DNA of 62,416 nt, the filler included, from Circinaria calcarea (Eukaryota), in assembly GCA_051942165.1 (NCBI GenBank). It is 3 parts of 3 records of this genome, joined end to end, with 100 filler letters (N's around TTAATTAATTAA, not from the genome) between each part and the next. Parts side by side here need not be neighbours in the genome. Positions count along the whole stretch, not along the records: positions 41,700 to 62,416 come from JAVECS010000166.1; 2 more parts are not named here. One strand, written 5' to 3'. Below are positions 62,261 through 62,416 of the stretch, in pieces. The notes under the pieces are model-generated. The model saw only the letters and a list, made by a program, of their open reading frames with translations. It was not told the DNA's origin and made no database searches. Position numbers and translations under genes: made by a program. Position 1 is the stretch's first letter. Every line of letters starts with the position of its first letter.

Positions 62261-62374
62261 ATGCATCTTACCGCGAAAGATTTCTTGTTGGTGTTTTTTG
62301 GCCTCCTGACGAGCCTGATGGCGACCGCCATCTGGAAATCTCCCGGGGCCCTGGCCAGGCTCTGGCAGCGGTAG
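62261..62374 (+). CDS. Possible small single-TM peptide, or first exon of a gene running off the window
   Basis: CACAATG context after a CA/CT-rich leader; MHLTAKDFLLVFFGLLTSLMATAIWKSPGALARLWQR*. Confidence 0.3.
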   Translation: MHLTAKDFLLVFFGLLTSLMATAIWKSPGALARLWQR

Positions 62375-62416
62375 CGGTAGCGGTCGGCGAAGATTGGGGG
62401 TGGGGCGGGCGTGGGT

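Overview
Gene-dense eukaryotic DNA from a filamentous ascomycete (Pezizomycotina; short GT-AG introns with CTRAC branch sites; possibly a lichen-forming lineage, not established). The window is three contigs joined by artificial 100-nt linkers (44N-TTAATTAATTAA-44N) at 20767-20866 and 41600-41699, so adjacency across them is unproven. Contig 1: PI-phospholipase C (runs off the window), an orphan-looking protein with a HEIP1/REDIC1-like N-terminus, IMP4 plus a decayed duplicate of its 3' end, UPF1, a peroxiredoxin-like protein, a membrane protein with a GC-AG intron, and a fragmented secreted protein. Contig 2: two C2H2 transcription factors, cystinosin, PalB calpain (Asp at the usual catalytic Asn), ANT1, RPL29, a LisH-WD40 protein, an NCBP3/SAD-8-like protein and a repeat-rich Myb-like protein. 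Contig 3: DLD1, an acidic/Gln-rich orphan, a Tay1/Teb1-like double-Myb protein, a large helical/coiled-coil unknown, a SAD-1-type RdRP with a motif-repeat tail, ELP6 and RPL37. No tRNA, rRNA, CRISPR array or intact transposon was recognised. The best leads are the meiosis/RNA-silencing genes and the PalB active-site variant. All gene models were spliced by eye; no database searches were run.
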